Of a DNA stretch of 64,000 bases, positions 36,110 through 47,800 are shown in pieces. The number at the start of each line of letters is the position of its first letter. Within the stretch, counting starts at the first letter, position 1. A model generated the notes under the pieces. That model saw only the letters and a program-made list of their open reading frames with translations. It was not told where the DNA came from and made no database searches. This DNA comes from Bacteroidales bacterium UBA1184 (GTDB lineage Bacteria; Bacteroidota; Bacteroidia; Bacteroidales; ML635J-15): positions 54,226-118,225 of the forward strand of contig DBYO01000036.1 of assembly GCA_002310235.1 (NCBI GenBank), in the 5' to 3' direction. The translations under genes were made by a program, and so were the position numbers.

Positions 36110-38341
36110 TTACTTTATGTTCTTTGGCTGCAAGTTTTCGGGAAGGGTGATGATAAAGATATCGAGGTTGCCCTTCTTGCCCTTGCCAGCCGACGATTTC
36201 GAGAAGTAAGCCTTGGTTCCGTCGTTGCTGATCTTGTATCCCATATCGTCGGATGCGGAGTTAATTTCCTTTCCGAGGTTTACAGGTTCGCTCCAGCAGT
36301 CCCAGCAGTCGTCGCTAAGACGTGTAGAAACATACATGTCGAGTCCGCCAAGACCTCCGTGTCCGTCGGAAGCGAAGTAGAGGTGCTTGTTGTCGGAGCA
36401 AAGGAACGGTGTACGTTCGGTATATAAGGTGTTGATTGTTCCACCAAGGTTGATAGGTTTGCTCCATTCGCCGTCGACGTTGATGGTGCAAACGTACAAG
36501 TCGGTCTGGTGTTCGTCAACCTTTCCGTGATATACAAGTCCGTCGAAGTCGGCATCGTTGAACATGTTGAGCATGTCGCTGCGTTTTGCTGCGAAGAACA
36601 AGGCCTTTCCGTCGTGGCTAAGGAAAGCGTCGCCCTGCCAGTTGCAGGTATTTACGCTGTTCGACATTTTCTGCGGCTTTCCCCATGTTGCACCGGCTTT
36701 TTTCGAGAAGTACAATCTTCCGTTCTTGAAAATGTACATTGTGTTGCCCGATGTGTTGATGCACTGTGGATAGTCGTTTGCTTTAGTCGAAACTTCGTTA
36801 ATAATCTGAGCAGTGCTCCATCCGTCGTCGGTTTTTTCTGCAACAAAGATGTCTTCGCCGCTCTTGTTGTCGCTACGGCTTTCTCCGCAGAAATACATTG
36901 TGTTGCCATCGGCCGAAAGAATAGGATTATATTCGTTTCCTGTTGTATTTACCGATTCTGGCAAAGCTTCGGCTACAACAGATTGCGATTTCTCGTTGAG
37001 AATGCTAAGCAGGTTGTCGATTTTCTTTGTTTTGTCTTTCCAGTACTGACGGTATTTCTGTACTGTAGCTGCAGCGCCCGCCCAGTTCTTGTTTTCGATG
37101 TCTGATTCAATCATCTTCTGCAGTGCTACGAATGCCTTTTCTCTCGGAGCGGCCTGTTTGATGTATTCGTCGTATGATTCGGCTTTCTTGGGGTTGTATT
37201 TGCTTTGCAGCTTTAGCTTGTCGCCCATGGCTGCAATTGCAGAGTCGGCCACGTAGTTGTCGCGGATCAATGCGCGCTGGTTAGGCTCGAGTTCGTCGTA
37301 CAGAGCCTTTAGTGATATCATTTCACCGTCGGCGGCAATTATGTTGTAGTAAAGTTTAAGCGCTTGTTTTTTCTTGTCGCCGTCGATTTTGTAGAAGCAG
37401 TATTTTGCAACTTCAACATTGTCGCCTGCGCATTGCATTGCCGATGCAAGAGCCATGTTTACCCATTTGTTCTTGGGGTATCTCTTGGCAAAGCGTATGT
37501 AAGAGTTGCAGTCGCTGTCGTTGGTTTCTTCGGCGTATAGTTTTTCGTCGTACATCATCTCGGCCTTGTAGTACAATGAGCTTTTCGGATATTTTTCCAT
37601 GTATTCCTTGAGAGCTGCCGAAGTGTTTTCCTTTTCAGCATCGTTGAGGGCTATTACATAAATCTTTTCCTGTGCTTCGTTGGCAAGTGCCGAGTTTGGA
37701 TATTTCTTTAGGAATTCTTCGTATGCCGATACTGTATTTGCAGCGTTAGCCTTTTCAAGACCCTTTGTGTCGCGGCGCTTGGTAGCGTCGGGAATCTGTT
37801 GCGCTTCGGGGTAAGTGCGGATGAAAGAGTCGTACGATTCTTCGGTATCGGTTTTCAGCGCAAGTTTATATGCTTCGATGTCGCGGTACATGCGTGCTTC
37901 GGTCTTGTAGTCTTCCGGTGCCTTGCGGTAGAAGAACAGATAGTTTTGATAAGCCTCGAAGGTGTTTGCCACCGAAGCATCACGCAATGCGTAGCGGCAT
38001 ACTGTGTCGATGTACTTGTTGAATACCTCGGGATTGATCGGTACAGAGTTCAGTTTTTCCTTAGTCTTTTCGTCGAGTTGTGGATAGTATGTCTCGCAGT
38101 TGAGCAGGCATTTGTACGATTCTACCGGGTCGTATCCCTCGTATTCTCTTTGGAATAAAAGGTAGGCCTTGTAGAAATTGAATTCCACATCGTCCATATT
38201 CTTGCTGAGTCCTTTTTCTATTAGCTTGAGCGAATTCTCGTATTTGCCTTTCCAAATAAGTTCCAGAGCCTTAATCTGTTGCGAGAAGGCTGCTGTAGAA
38301 AGCATGACTGCCAATGAAATAAGTAAAATTTTCTTATTCAT
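36110..38341 (-). CDS. Secreted helical-repeat (TPR-like) plus PD40 beta-propeller protein, no OmpA domain
   Basis: Signal peptide; repeats 'YxxFxxxYPxS'; PD40 motifs 'PILSADGNTMYFCG', 'FLSHDGKALFFAA', 'HGGLGGLDMYVS'. Start at 38341 or 38347. Confidence 0.8.
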   Translation of the reverse strand: MNKKILLISLAVMLSTAAFSQQIKALELIWKGKYENSLKLIEKGLSKNMDDVEFNFYKAYLLFQREYEGYDPVESYKCLLNCETYYPQLDEKTKEKLNSVPINPEVFNKYIDTVCRYALRDASVANTFEAYQNYLFFYRKAPEDYKTEARMYRDIEAYKLALKTDTEESYDSFIRTYPEAQQIPDATKRRDTKGLEKANAANTVSAYEEFLKKYPNSALANEAQEKIYVIALNDAEKENTSAALKEYMEKYPKSSLYYKAEMMYDEKLYAEETNDSDCNSYIRFAKRYPKNKWVNMALASAMQCAGDNVEVAKYCFYKIDGDKKKQALKLYYNIIAADGEMISLKALYDELEPNQRALIRDNYVADSAIAAMGDKLKLQSKYNPKKAESYDEYIKQAAPREKAFVALQKMIESDIENKNWAGAAATVQKYRQYWKDKTKKIDNLLSILNEKSQSVVAEALPESVNTTGNEYNPILSADGNTMYFCGESRSDNKSGEDIFVAEKTDDGWSTAQIINEVSTKANDYPQCINTSGNTMYIFKNGRLYFSKKAGATWGKPQKMSNSVNTCNWQGDAFLSHDGKALFFAAKRSDMLNMFNDADFDGLVYHGKVDEHQTDLYVCTINVDGEWSKPINLGGTINTLYTERTPFLCSDNKHLYFASDGHGGLGGLDMYVSTRLSDDCWDCWSEPVNLGKEINSASDDMGYKISNDGTKAYFSKSSAGKGKKGNLDIFIITLPENLQPKNIK

Positions 38342-38439
38342 ACACATACTATTTTGAGGTCGTAAATTTAATTTAAATAATCGGATTACGGAAAATAATG
38401 TTAATTATTTTATTCAATGTTTAATGTTCAAATGCTTGC

Positions 38440-38815
38440 AGGCATACCGGCTCGCTGTCAAGCAGGCTCGAAGGCTAACAGACTTGCAGTCTTACGGTCT
38501 AACAGACTTGCTGTCCCACGGGTTTGCTGCCAGACTGCTCGACTAGCCTTTAGCTGGACTTTTTCTGTGTTTCTGTGGCTTCGCCGTTTCTATGTGCTGC
38601 GCACGTTTCTATGTTTCACGTTTGACTTCGTCGAGCTAAAGGTTCGTGAAATTCGTGGTAAAACATTTCGTTTTGGGCCTCGCGAAAAACCCCTGTTGTC
38701 TTATGCGGTGAGCTGAGCCTGTCGAAGCATTGTTCATATTGTCGTTTCTTTCTTTTACGACAGCTTGCAGTGATGAGATCGCGGATAGCTTGATTCTCAT
38801 CGCTTCCGCGATGAC
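38440..38815. repeat. Composite intergenic patchwork of several repeat families
   Basis: cagacttg units, gtttct arrays with mini-hairpins, GxxExxY-type right end (38624-38690), ctgagcctgtcgaag, gagatcgcgg...ccgcgatgac half-REP. Confidence 0.6.
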
Positions 38816-38940
38816 GTCAAAAAAAGGGGCATTGTGAGTTTCAATTATTCTCGCCTTTTCTCCCAATGTTTTGTTTTTCGGTTTGTGGTACGATTTTGTT
38901 AAGAATATTTTTTACATTTGCCCCGATACAATATTTTGAT

Positions 38941-39747
38941 ATGACAAAAGATTATGAATTAGTTGGTGGCAAGTACACCGTGAGGGATGTGGTTCCATGC
39001 TATGATGTGGATTCTACATTGAGAATCAGACCTGTGGCTTTTATGAATATAGCTCAGGAAATGGCAACCCGTGCAGCCGAGCCCTTTGGTTTCGGATATG
39101 ACGATTTGATTAAGAAGGACATGGCCTGGGTGCTTTCTCGCATGCACTTTAGGTTTGTAGATGTACCGCGATGGAAGGAAGAGCTGGTAATTTCGACATG
39201 GCACAAAGGCATTGTAGGTCCGTTTTTCATCCGAGACTTTTCTGTATGTGGTGCCGATGGTTCGACTAAGGTGCTTGGCACTAGTTCGTGGGTTGTGCTC
39301 GATATCAAAAAGCGTTCGATGGTACGTATTGCAGATTTTGTAGATATGATTCCCGAAGATTCGGCTTGCCACGAGGATGCTCTCGAAAAACCAGCAGCAA
39401 AAGTCATGATGCCGCGTACTGCCCAGCCTCGTTTGGCGCAGAGTGTGAAGTTGGGCTATTCCGACATCGACCTAAATGCCCACACCAACAATGCACGCTA
39501 CATTCATTATGCTACCGAATGTTTCACTTGCGACGAGATGTGCGAAATGTCGGTTGCCGATGTGATGATAACCTTCAATCATGAGACATATGCTGGCGAA
39601 ATTCTTGATATTTATATGGTTGACACAGAAACTGATGGCTTGGTTGATGCTTCTGGAAAGCCGATTGTACGCTCGTCTATAATCGAAGGCAAGGTTGGCG
39701 ACCAGCAGGTGTTCTGCGCAAAGTTGATGTTTGTGGAACGTCGCTAA
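38941..39747 (+). CDS. Acyl-[ACP] thioesterase (double hot-dog fold)
   Basis: DVDSTLRIRP, WVLSRMH, DIDLNAHTNNARY; TACATTTG -7 element at 38913-38920 supports the ATG at 38941 over 38866. Confidence 0.88.
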   Translation: MTKDYELVGGKYTVRDVVPCYDVDSTLRIRPVAFMNIAQEMATRAAEPFGFGYDDLIKKDMAWVLSRMHFRFVDVPRWKEELVISTWHKGIVGPFFIRDFSVCGADGSTKVLGTSSWVVLDIKKRSMVRIADFVDMIPEDSACHEDALEKPAAKVMMPRTAQPRLAQSVKLGYSDIDLNAHTNNARYIHYATECFTCDEMCEMSVADVMITFNHETYAGEILDIYMVDTETDGLVDASGKPIVRSSIIEGKVGDQQVFCAKLMFVERR

Positions 39748-39766
39748 CCGCTGAACCTTGATTGAC

Positions 39767-39899
39767 CTATAAACACAAAAAATCCCCCGCATCTTGCGAT
39801 ATGAGGGATTCGGTAGATTAGTTTTATGAGATTATTTTCTGATGTCTAATTCGTTGATGAGGTTCTTAGCTCCGTAGAGTTCATCGATTACCCAAAGTA
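39767..39899. repeat. Direct repeat copy 1: last ~22 codons of dpp7 plus its terminator
   Basis: 39803-39899 is identical (97 bp) to 49905-50001; the adjacent hairpin differs by 2 substitutions and a 2-bp indel. Confidence 0.95.
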
Positions 39900-39907
39900 T
39901 TGCGAGG

Positions 39908-41833
39908 CTACAGCACGATAATTTTCTTTGTTATCACCTTTCCGTCCGTCATCCTTACCCTAACGAAATAGCTACCTGCGCCCATTCCATCCGTGGAAAT
40001 TTCATTAGTGGTGTCGTGCCGTGGCGCGACACTACTAATTTTATATACCACTTCTCCGAGCAGATTGCAGATTTGTATTTCTGCAATATTCTCACCTGCG
40101 ATGTTTATGTATTCTGTGGCAGGATTCGGATATATCGACAGCATAATGTTGTCGTTCTCGTCCACGGCCAGGTCGTGGCAGGGATTTACATAGATGTCCT
40201 TGTATATGGTCTTGATATTGCCGTAATAGTCCGAGAGTGTTATTGCAAGCTGATGCTCGCCTGGGTCTCTTGGCGTGCGGATATTGTAGTGGCGTGCGAT
40301 GATATTCTCTATGGCAGTGTCTTTTATTGTAGCTTCGGTAACTGGTTCTGTATATTCGTACAGCAATTCACCACTCAATACAGTATCTATGCCAATTTCT
40401 TCTGGGACAAATATGTCTGGATAATAGATATTATCAATAACTTGCCCAGTACTGAACTCCATGGTGTACGGTGCCGATGGTCCGCTGATGTTTACAACAC
40501 AATCAATTGTATCCAAATTACAAACGGTATCGGGAATAAATACATCCAAATTAAGTTCTGGCAGTTCAGTGTAACACAATCCATCCAAACCGTTCATATC
40601 GGTCTTTACAAGCCAAGGCTGCTGGAAGTAATCACCAAACTCGGCTGCCGTATAGTAGCTGTCGTATGTATATCCTCCCATAATTAGTCCTCCATCGGGT
40701 GTTGGCTTTATACTATTGAGGTATAATTGCGGACCGTTTTGGCTCCCGTCTGGAGTGTAATATCTGCGGAACATTATGTCGCCGTCTGGAGTAAGTTTAG
40801 TTAGGAATCCTGCCATACCAGTAGAGAGATTTGTGCCTTGACCCGCTATATATATATATCCTTCATTGTCAACATATAGGTCATAGGAACAATCTAAATC
40901 AAATATTCCTGGTCCATTATAATAATCGGAATAGTAATTTTTTATTACTTTTTCCCACAACAGATTGCCATTGTCGTCAATCTTCCTTATGCATGCGGCA
41001 TCACTGGTCCTATCTTCGAAGCGGTCGGCATAGCATACGGGATATATGCCGTTCATGACATAACAGGAGTCTGGGGAGGGGGCGATGAATATTTGAAAAC
41101 CATTTTTCATATCACTTCGTCCATATGTCTTATGCCAGATGGTATTAAGGGAAGTATCCAATTTTTGTATAATCCAATCGTGGTTATTATAATTCCTAAG
41201 TCCAGAGACAATAATATTTCCGTCTTGTCCTCCAATTATCTTCCTTATGCCGATATGATCACGCCTTTCTGCTTCTGCAATAACATTACCATTTGCATCG
41301 TATTTTGTTAGGTATTCACAGAAATTTTCATATTGTCCTCCCATATATATATTGTCTTCGATATAAATGTTACATAACATTAGTGGTCTGTTTGTTGAAT
41401 CAGTATTTAATCTTGTGGCATCAAGAATACGAAGACTGTCATCGAATTCGTATGATTGCAATTTTATGTCGGGACCAATGTTAAATATAAACTTATACGT
41501 ACCAGTCTCTGTAGTATATACAGAACTAGCCGAAACTCCGCCTTCAAAAACATCGTATTGTGCATCACCGATAAACGCGCTATATAATTTATTGCCTTCG
41601 CTATCTGTCTTTACGACCATTGAGCAACGGTTGCCGTTATATAAGGGGTGTCTTGTTCCGATTATAATTATGTAGCCATCATCCAAAGGTGTTATGGAAT
41701 TAAAAACATTCATTTCGCGATATCCAAAATCGCTTACCATATTGAACCTTGTTTGTGCAGGACAATTTATTCGCAAGGAAGTCAATATTAGCAATAGAAT
41801 GATATATATTCCATATAACACCTTTTTCTTCAT
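39908..41833 (-). CDS. T9SS type A cargo protein with N-terminal beta-propeller-like repeats
   Basis: Signal peptide MKKKVL...; repeats 'VKTDSEGN', 'TKYDANGN', 'TKLTPDGD', 'PWLVKTDMNG'; CTD 'IYPNPATEYINI...GAGSYFVRV...KKIIVL'. Confidence 0.8.
   Translation of the reverse strand: MKKKVLYGIYIILLLILTSLRINCPAQTRFNMVSDFGYREMNVFNSITPLDDGYIIIIGTRHPLYNGNRCSMVVKTDSEGNKLYSAFIGDAQYDVFEGGVSASSVYTTETGTYKFIFNIGPDIKLQSYEFDDSLRILDATRLNTDSTNRPLMLCNIYIEDNIYMGGQYENFCEYLTKYDANGNVIAEAERRDHIGIRKIIGGQDGNIIVSGLRNYNNHDWIIQKLDTSLNTIWHKTYGRSDMKNGFQIFIAPSPDSCYVMNGIYPVCYADRFEDRTSDAACIRKIDDNGNLLWEKVIKNYYSDYYNGPGIFDLDCSYDLYVDNEGYIYIAGQGTNLSTGMAGFLTKLTPDGDIMFRRYYTPDGSQNGPQLYLNSIKPTPDGGLIMGGYTYDSYYTAAEFGDYFQQPWLVKTDMNGLDGLCYTELPELNLDVFIPDTVCNLDTIDCVVNISGPSAPYTMEFSTGQVIDNIYYPDIFVPEEIGIDTVLSGELLYEYTEPVTEATIKDTAIENIIARHYNIRTPRDPGEHQLAITLSDYYGNIKTIYKDIYVNPCHDLAVDENDNIMLSIYPNPATEYINIAGENIAEIQICNLLGEVVYKISSVAPRHDTTNEISTDGMGAGSYFVRVRMTDGKVITKKIIVL
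40004..40039. repeat. GTAG-type REP-like palindrome in frame inside the CTD coding region
   Basis: attagtggtgtcgtgcc-gt-ggcgcgacactactaat: 17-bp stem with two G.T pairs; encodes ISSVAPRHDTTN. Confidence 0.65.
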
Positions 41834-41843
41834 AATATAATCA

Positions 41844-44800
41844 TTACAATTTAACAATCTTAGTCTGCATTACATTGTCGTAACAGCTCTTTATCTCAAC
41901 AAGATATGTGCCAGAAGGATATTCACTGACATCAATGCTTATGAGAGTGTCGTAATTATACTTGTCAGTACTTACAAGCCGCGAATTTACATCAAAAATA
42001 TTAATTTGTATTGTTTCACAATCTTCGATATTATTTATTCCATAGTGTTTAAGGAATTCGATTATGTCATCGTCAAGAACATTGCTGGCAAGTTCAATAT
42101 TTATAAAGTCGCTTGTAGGATTTGGATATATTGCATACGGATAAATTTCAGCTGCTGTTTCCGTCTTTGTCGACTTTGTAGTAAATTCTTCCTCGTATAT
42201 GGGTGTATATTCGGGAATTAGAGTATCGAAGGCGTATTCGTACAATGCAGTTGCTATACCAGAATACAGATAATTGTTATCGGCAATATAATTCTCCAGT
42301 TGGGCGCTATGTTCCATAAGCATTTCCTTGCTCATAGTAGTGTCCATAGAGTTTACATACATTTCATATACATCTGCACAGTTGGCAGCCTCTAAGGTTC
42401 CAAGCGAACGGATAGCAGAGATTTGCTGACGAGCATCGTCGTAGTTATCAGCCGATACGAGTATATTGCATGCCATTGCTTTGCTGTCGACATCGGTCTT
42501 TGTGCTGAAGTAATCGAGTATAATAGCATAGTCTGTATCGGAAAGGCTGTCATTCAGAGCCTTGTCGTAAAGCAGGTTTTCGTTCAATGAAATTTCCTGT
42601 TTTATGTCTCCTATAGCCTTTTCGTCGGCAACCCTCTTATTCTCGCCCGTCTGGTAGTAAGAGAGAACCGTTTTTAGTATGTTAGAAATTTCGGCATCCT
42701 GAACATCCTCGTATGTTGCAGCAGGAAGAGGCGAATTTTCGACAAATACAGAAGTTACATATACTGGGTTTTCCTCTACCTTTGCCACAAGTGCATTGCA
42801 TACGGTATCGCTAAGGTACCCGTCCTGAGGTAAGTCTTCTATTGACGGTGCCGTACCCTGCGAAATAGCAGAAACTTTCATAAGGGCATTTGCCGTATTT
42901 CCTCCATCGAGTTTTGTCTCGTACTTGTTTATGGCACTGTCGAGAGTGATGCCGAGCTGCTGGATGTGCGATTTGGTTCTGTCGACACCTGGAAATGGTA
43001 TTGGATTGAATGGATTGGGATTGACTACCGGTCCGTTTCCGTCGTTACATTGGCAATACGATTCGTCATATGGCAGATCGCTATTATTATCCGGACTTAC
43101 TCTTGTGCTATGATGATTGCGTTTTAGCTGGTGAGTAACTTCATAAGTATCATTTTGAGCGTTGTGCTGATAATATTCGTATCCATATACATTGTAACTA
43201 TTGTTTGTGGCTAGATCAAACTGGGTTTGGAACTGGTAATGACTCCTATTAAATGTATTGGGGTTGTCATAGTAGAATGAATTGCCAGTAGGAGCAGTGT
43301 TACTTCCTTGTTCTCGGCGCATATAGCCGTCCTTGACAAATATGTCGCGGGTATTTCTTCTGAAATTATTGCACAATACTTCCAAACCAACACGACCTGT
43401 ATTATTGTTGCCAGATACATAGTTTGAGTTTTTACCAACCACAACAATTGCATTGTATTGAGGTTTTGTTGCTAATGGCAATCCAAGTTGCAATGTTCTC
43501 TCGGCGGGTCGTCCTTCGAAAGTATTATACCTAACTCGGTTGCCAAGGTTGCCCGAATTGTAAACGTACAGGCCGGTAGTAGCATTGGAAATGGTATTTT
43601 GCTCGAAAGTAAATGTGTGGCAGGTGCCGATATATACGCTGTAGTCGACTTCGCGGTCTTCGCGAGCTGTACTCATTATTTCATATTGTTCGCCAGGTTC
43701 TCCGCGTGAGACAATATTGTTGTTCAGCACCTTGCAGCCATCGTTAGCGTTTATGTAGATTGCTCGGTGGTTGCCAGTAAACGAAGAGTTCTCTACTACC
43801 ACGGCATTCGACCTAAAGCCGCTCGCGTGTATTCCGTGGAAAAGTTTCTTGAAACTGCATGACGCAGATACGTCGAAGTGGCCGGAGTTTGCCTGTATGC
43901 CCGAACCGCGGTTGTATCCGGTATTGGTGGCGCCATTTATTGTTGATGGAAATGGCAGGGTGTTCTCGAAAGTACATCCTCTGATGTATATGCCACTAAC
44001 TTTCTCCATAAGTATATGAGCTTTGGGATATATACGGCTGTTGTTCAACTGTCTGGTTGTGGAGAATGTACAGTCGGTTATTGTCGGAGAGTTTGCGTTT
44101 CCCTGTGCCCTGGAATGTTCATTATAGTACAAGTCGTACTGGTTGTTGTTGAAATGGCTTCCGCTGGCTATAATCTTACCGCCGTCTTTCGATTCTACGG
44201 CTTTTATTGCATCTTCGATAGTGGTGCCGTCCTGGCATATCACTTTGCCGTAATTTCTTGCCTCTATAATTGCGATGTTTGGATTTGTAATGTTGATAAT
44301 GCCAGATTTCGTCCTGTCTTCTTCAAAAGCGTTTAGTGATAATGGAGCGCTAATAACCTTAATTCCCTGCCACATCTTGTCGGGGCAGCCTGCCATAATT
44401 GTACAATGGTTGAATGTTACGGTCTTGCCGCCATTTACAGTCCATTGTGTGCTGGCAATGTCGTCGTAGTCGGTGTAGGCACAGTAAATTGTGCAATCGG
44501 TGAATGTAACGTCGTGGTTGAAGGTTAAACCGGAAGGAACAATATATGTTCCGCCGTTGTATGTTGTGCCCAGACTTGAAGTTTCCAATACAGCATAATT
44601 GGGAATCAGGTCAATAGTTCCCAGATTAATATTGTAGGTCTGTCCGTCGGCTGATACAATGTTAAGCCTATTGGCAACGCCTTGTGTTATTTCGACATAC
44701 ATGTCTGTTTGTCCGCTGTTGATGTATGTCTGGGTTGTTGTAAAATCACCACTTGTAAAAGTAGCTACGTAGGGGGCAAGTCCGCCCGAGATGGTAAAAC

Positions 44801-47800
44801 TTATGTGGGATTCGCTTTTTATGCAGGTCTCGGACTCCATCTCTATAGGCGACACGTCAAGTATTCTAAAATCAAGAGGAATGGTGTCGCATGGTGTTAT
44901 AATCATAATAGAGTCGCGAGGGTTAGCTACAAAATTGTACGTATATCCGTTAATTGTATCTTCCACATGTCCTGCGACGGATACTATATAGTTATTTGCA
45001 GGAGGTGTAAAATTCAAGTGGATTGCGACACTGTTTTCCGAAACATAATCGTAGCTTATATTAATGTTGCTAACATCAATAGAAATGGAAGTCAATTGAG
45101 TAGAGCAATAACTAGAATAATATACATCAGCGGAGTATGATCCACGACCGACATTGTTTAGCGTTGTAGTATAAATCGAGTTCGAGCCTTCCTGCAATAC
45201 AAAATATGTTTGTTCTCCATTATTCCAATATGCGTATGGGGTAAATCCGTCGTCAGTATAGGCAAGTTCCATCTCAACGGTTATGGAGGCGGAGTCGTGC
45301 ACATTGCATATATCGGTGTGCGAAATGTTGAAATGCGGGTGATTCAAGCTTTGAATACTAGAATATAAAGTTTCGGCACAAGAACTTGTGTAAAATACGG
45401 TAGCTGAGTAATTGCCAGGTGCACCTGCATCCAATGTTGTTGTGTATCTGGTCGAGTCGGGTGATAATTCAAATTCCGACGTGTAGGTGCCGCCATTCCA
45501 TATAACGTACGGTTCAAAACCTTCTTCTACTCCTGAAAGGATTTCTATGGTTATGGTTCCGTTATTCCTATCGCTGCATGCATAAGTTGTCAAGACTTCG
45601 ATTTCAGGTTCCTGAACTTCAGGCGACATAACTGTAATAGTTATCGGATCCAATGTGTCGCGACAATTTGTTGAATAATTTACAATAGGAATGTAGGTTC
45701 CCGAACCAATATTTACATGAGCACTATTATTGTTTAGCACTGTTGTATATGTAGAAACATCTGTGAGTTCGAAATAGGTTTGTCCTTCCCAAGCGCCTTG
45801 CCATTCTGCTAACATGTTAGAGCCATATTCTATTCTTGGAAGATCCATCTCAACGGCAATAGTACCGCTTCCACCTTCGTGGCATATGTCGGAATGGGAA
45901 ATGTGGAATGTGGGTTTGATGCGTTGGTATGGAAGTTTTATCGGGACTTTTTCGCATAAAACGCCATTGTTATTAATAAAAACAGAGCAATCTCTGACAG
46001 AATCTCTTATTGCGATATAATAAACCCTATCTCCGTAAGGAAGTGTGTTGGTCATATAATATATACACATGTTATTATCATCGCATATATTATCATTACT
46101 AATAACGTAATAATAATTATTATTATATCTAATGTGTGATAATTCACCTCCGCTAACTGTTACAGAAACGTAGCATAGATCATGCTCGCATAATGCAGGA
46201 ATGACAACACCATCAACATTAATGTTTGTATAAGTGCGAGGAATCACTACATCTGTTTCCGCCACTATATTATCTGTACTATCTGTTACAATTATTGTTG
46301 TATTAATATCGTTAAGATGTATTTGTGGAAGCGTATCTACGCCGGGTTCATGACCATATAGGTTTATATAACTATATATAAATTCATTGCTTGTGTTTTC
46401 CATAGGTCTTGATTCACCGTCAATTATAATGTTTGCCGTATAATTAGACATATCTACGTCACATGCATTATTTTTAAGCGTTACCGTTCCTTTATTGCAT
46501 TCTTGTATAGTATTTGCCACAAAACTACAATCGGCCTTGGCTTTTATACTGAGTTCTGCTGTATCGAGGCATCCAAATTTGTCCATTATGCTGCATGAAA
46601 TAGAGAATTCGCAGTCGTAGGCATTCGGTCGGATCATTAAGTCGGAATACCTATTATCTAGATTGTGATAGAACTCACCATTAAAGTTGTTACTTAAATC
46701 CCATGTAGTGCTATTAATTTGATTTCTAGGCTCTAATGAGATGCTATATATGGGGGATGACCCATCAATACAAATACTATCAGGACCTACTATTTGCATT
46801 TGTGCATCGAAAGACACTGTGTCGATCATATAGTGGTCTTCACATGCCGTAGATTGTTTTATAATAAAGGCATTGCGATTATGTAGTTGTGTAATACTTG
46901 ACAAGTCTGGTACAGTATCCGTGTTCGTTGCTATCAGGTTGCCCGATAAGTCGTAGAACGACCATGTAAGCGTTGGCGATAGAGAAAAGTTATGCAAGGT
47001 CAGTGATTCTAAATTACAGTCACTTGAGCATATTGTGAACGAAGCTGCGCAGGTGTCGATATCCTTAGCATCTACCAAATTTGGAAGATTCATCCAGTTC
47101 CGTAATATTGACCCGGGTTCGTAATCTATTAAGTCTTCAACAACATGGCAGTCTTCGTATCCATTGAATGTTGACGCTAGGTTGTCAGGCTCCATAATGA
47201 CGCCAATCCTTCTTGAACTGCCGAAGAAATCTCCAACTCTTGAAATGTATATCCTTCCGTCGGGACCTTCTTGTAAATATAGACCAGTTTTAAAATATTC
47301 TCCACGATTATCCGCAGTAAACACATCGTTGCCACGGATTTCCTGGCAATTACATGAATAATCATTATTTAAGTCGTATTGCGTAATTTTCAGTTTGCCT
47401 GTCCTATGATCTAGGTAAGATAGGTACAAAAATCTTCCATTGGGACTAAACGCCGGCATCGATACTTTAGATGCAAAATTTATTTCACAATCAATAAGAC
47501 TAAAAGTACCATGTGTTGCATTAAAATATGCAAGTCTTAAACAATTATCAGATGCGTATGCAATATATTTGCCATTGGGAGACGCTTTTAGTGTTATTAG
47601 AGGGTGTGTCGCGTATATTTGAACACTTAAATTCAATTCGCTACCAGTTTCATAAACCAGAGATGTCCCGTTATATCTCAATTTTATCGAAACAATATTA
47701 GAGTTTGAGCCTATTGTGCTTATCAGCCAATATCCGCCGGTAGGGCAGGGGACTGCTGTCAACCCATTTAGAAGATAAGGGCCTTCATATATATACGTGC

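Noticed and set aside
38417-38866. Short ORFs 38417..38716 and 38636..38866
   Set aside because: They are translations of the intergenic repeat patchwork
39767-39899. Duplication as a simple assembly artefact
   Set aside because: The two copies differ by two substitutions and a 2-bp indel and have distinct flanks; long reads would still be needed to exclude it fully
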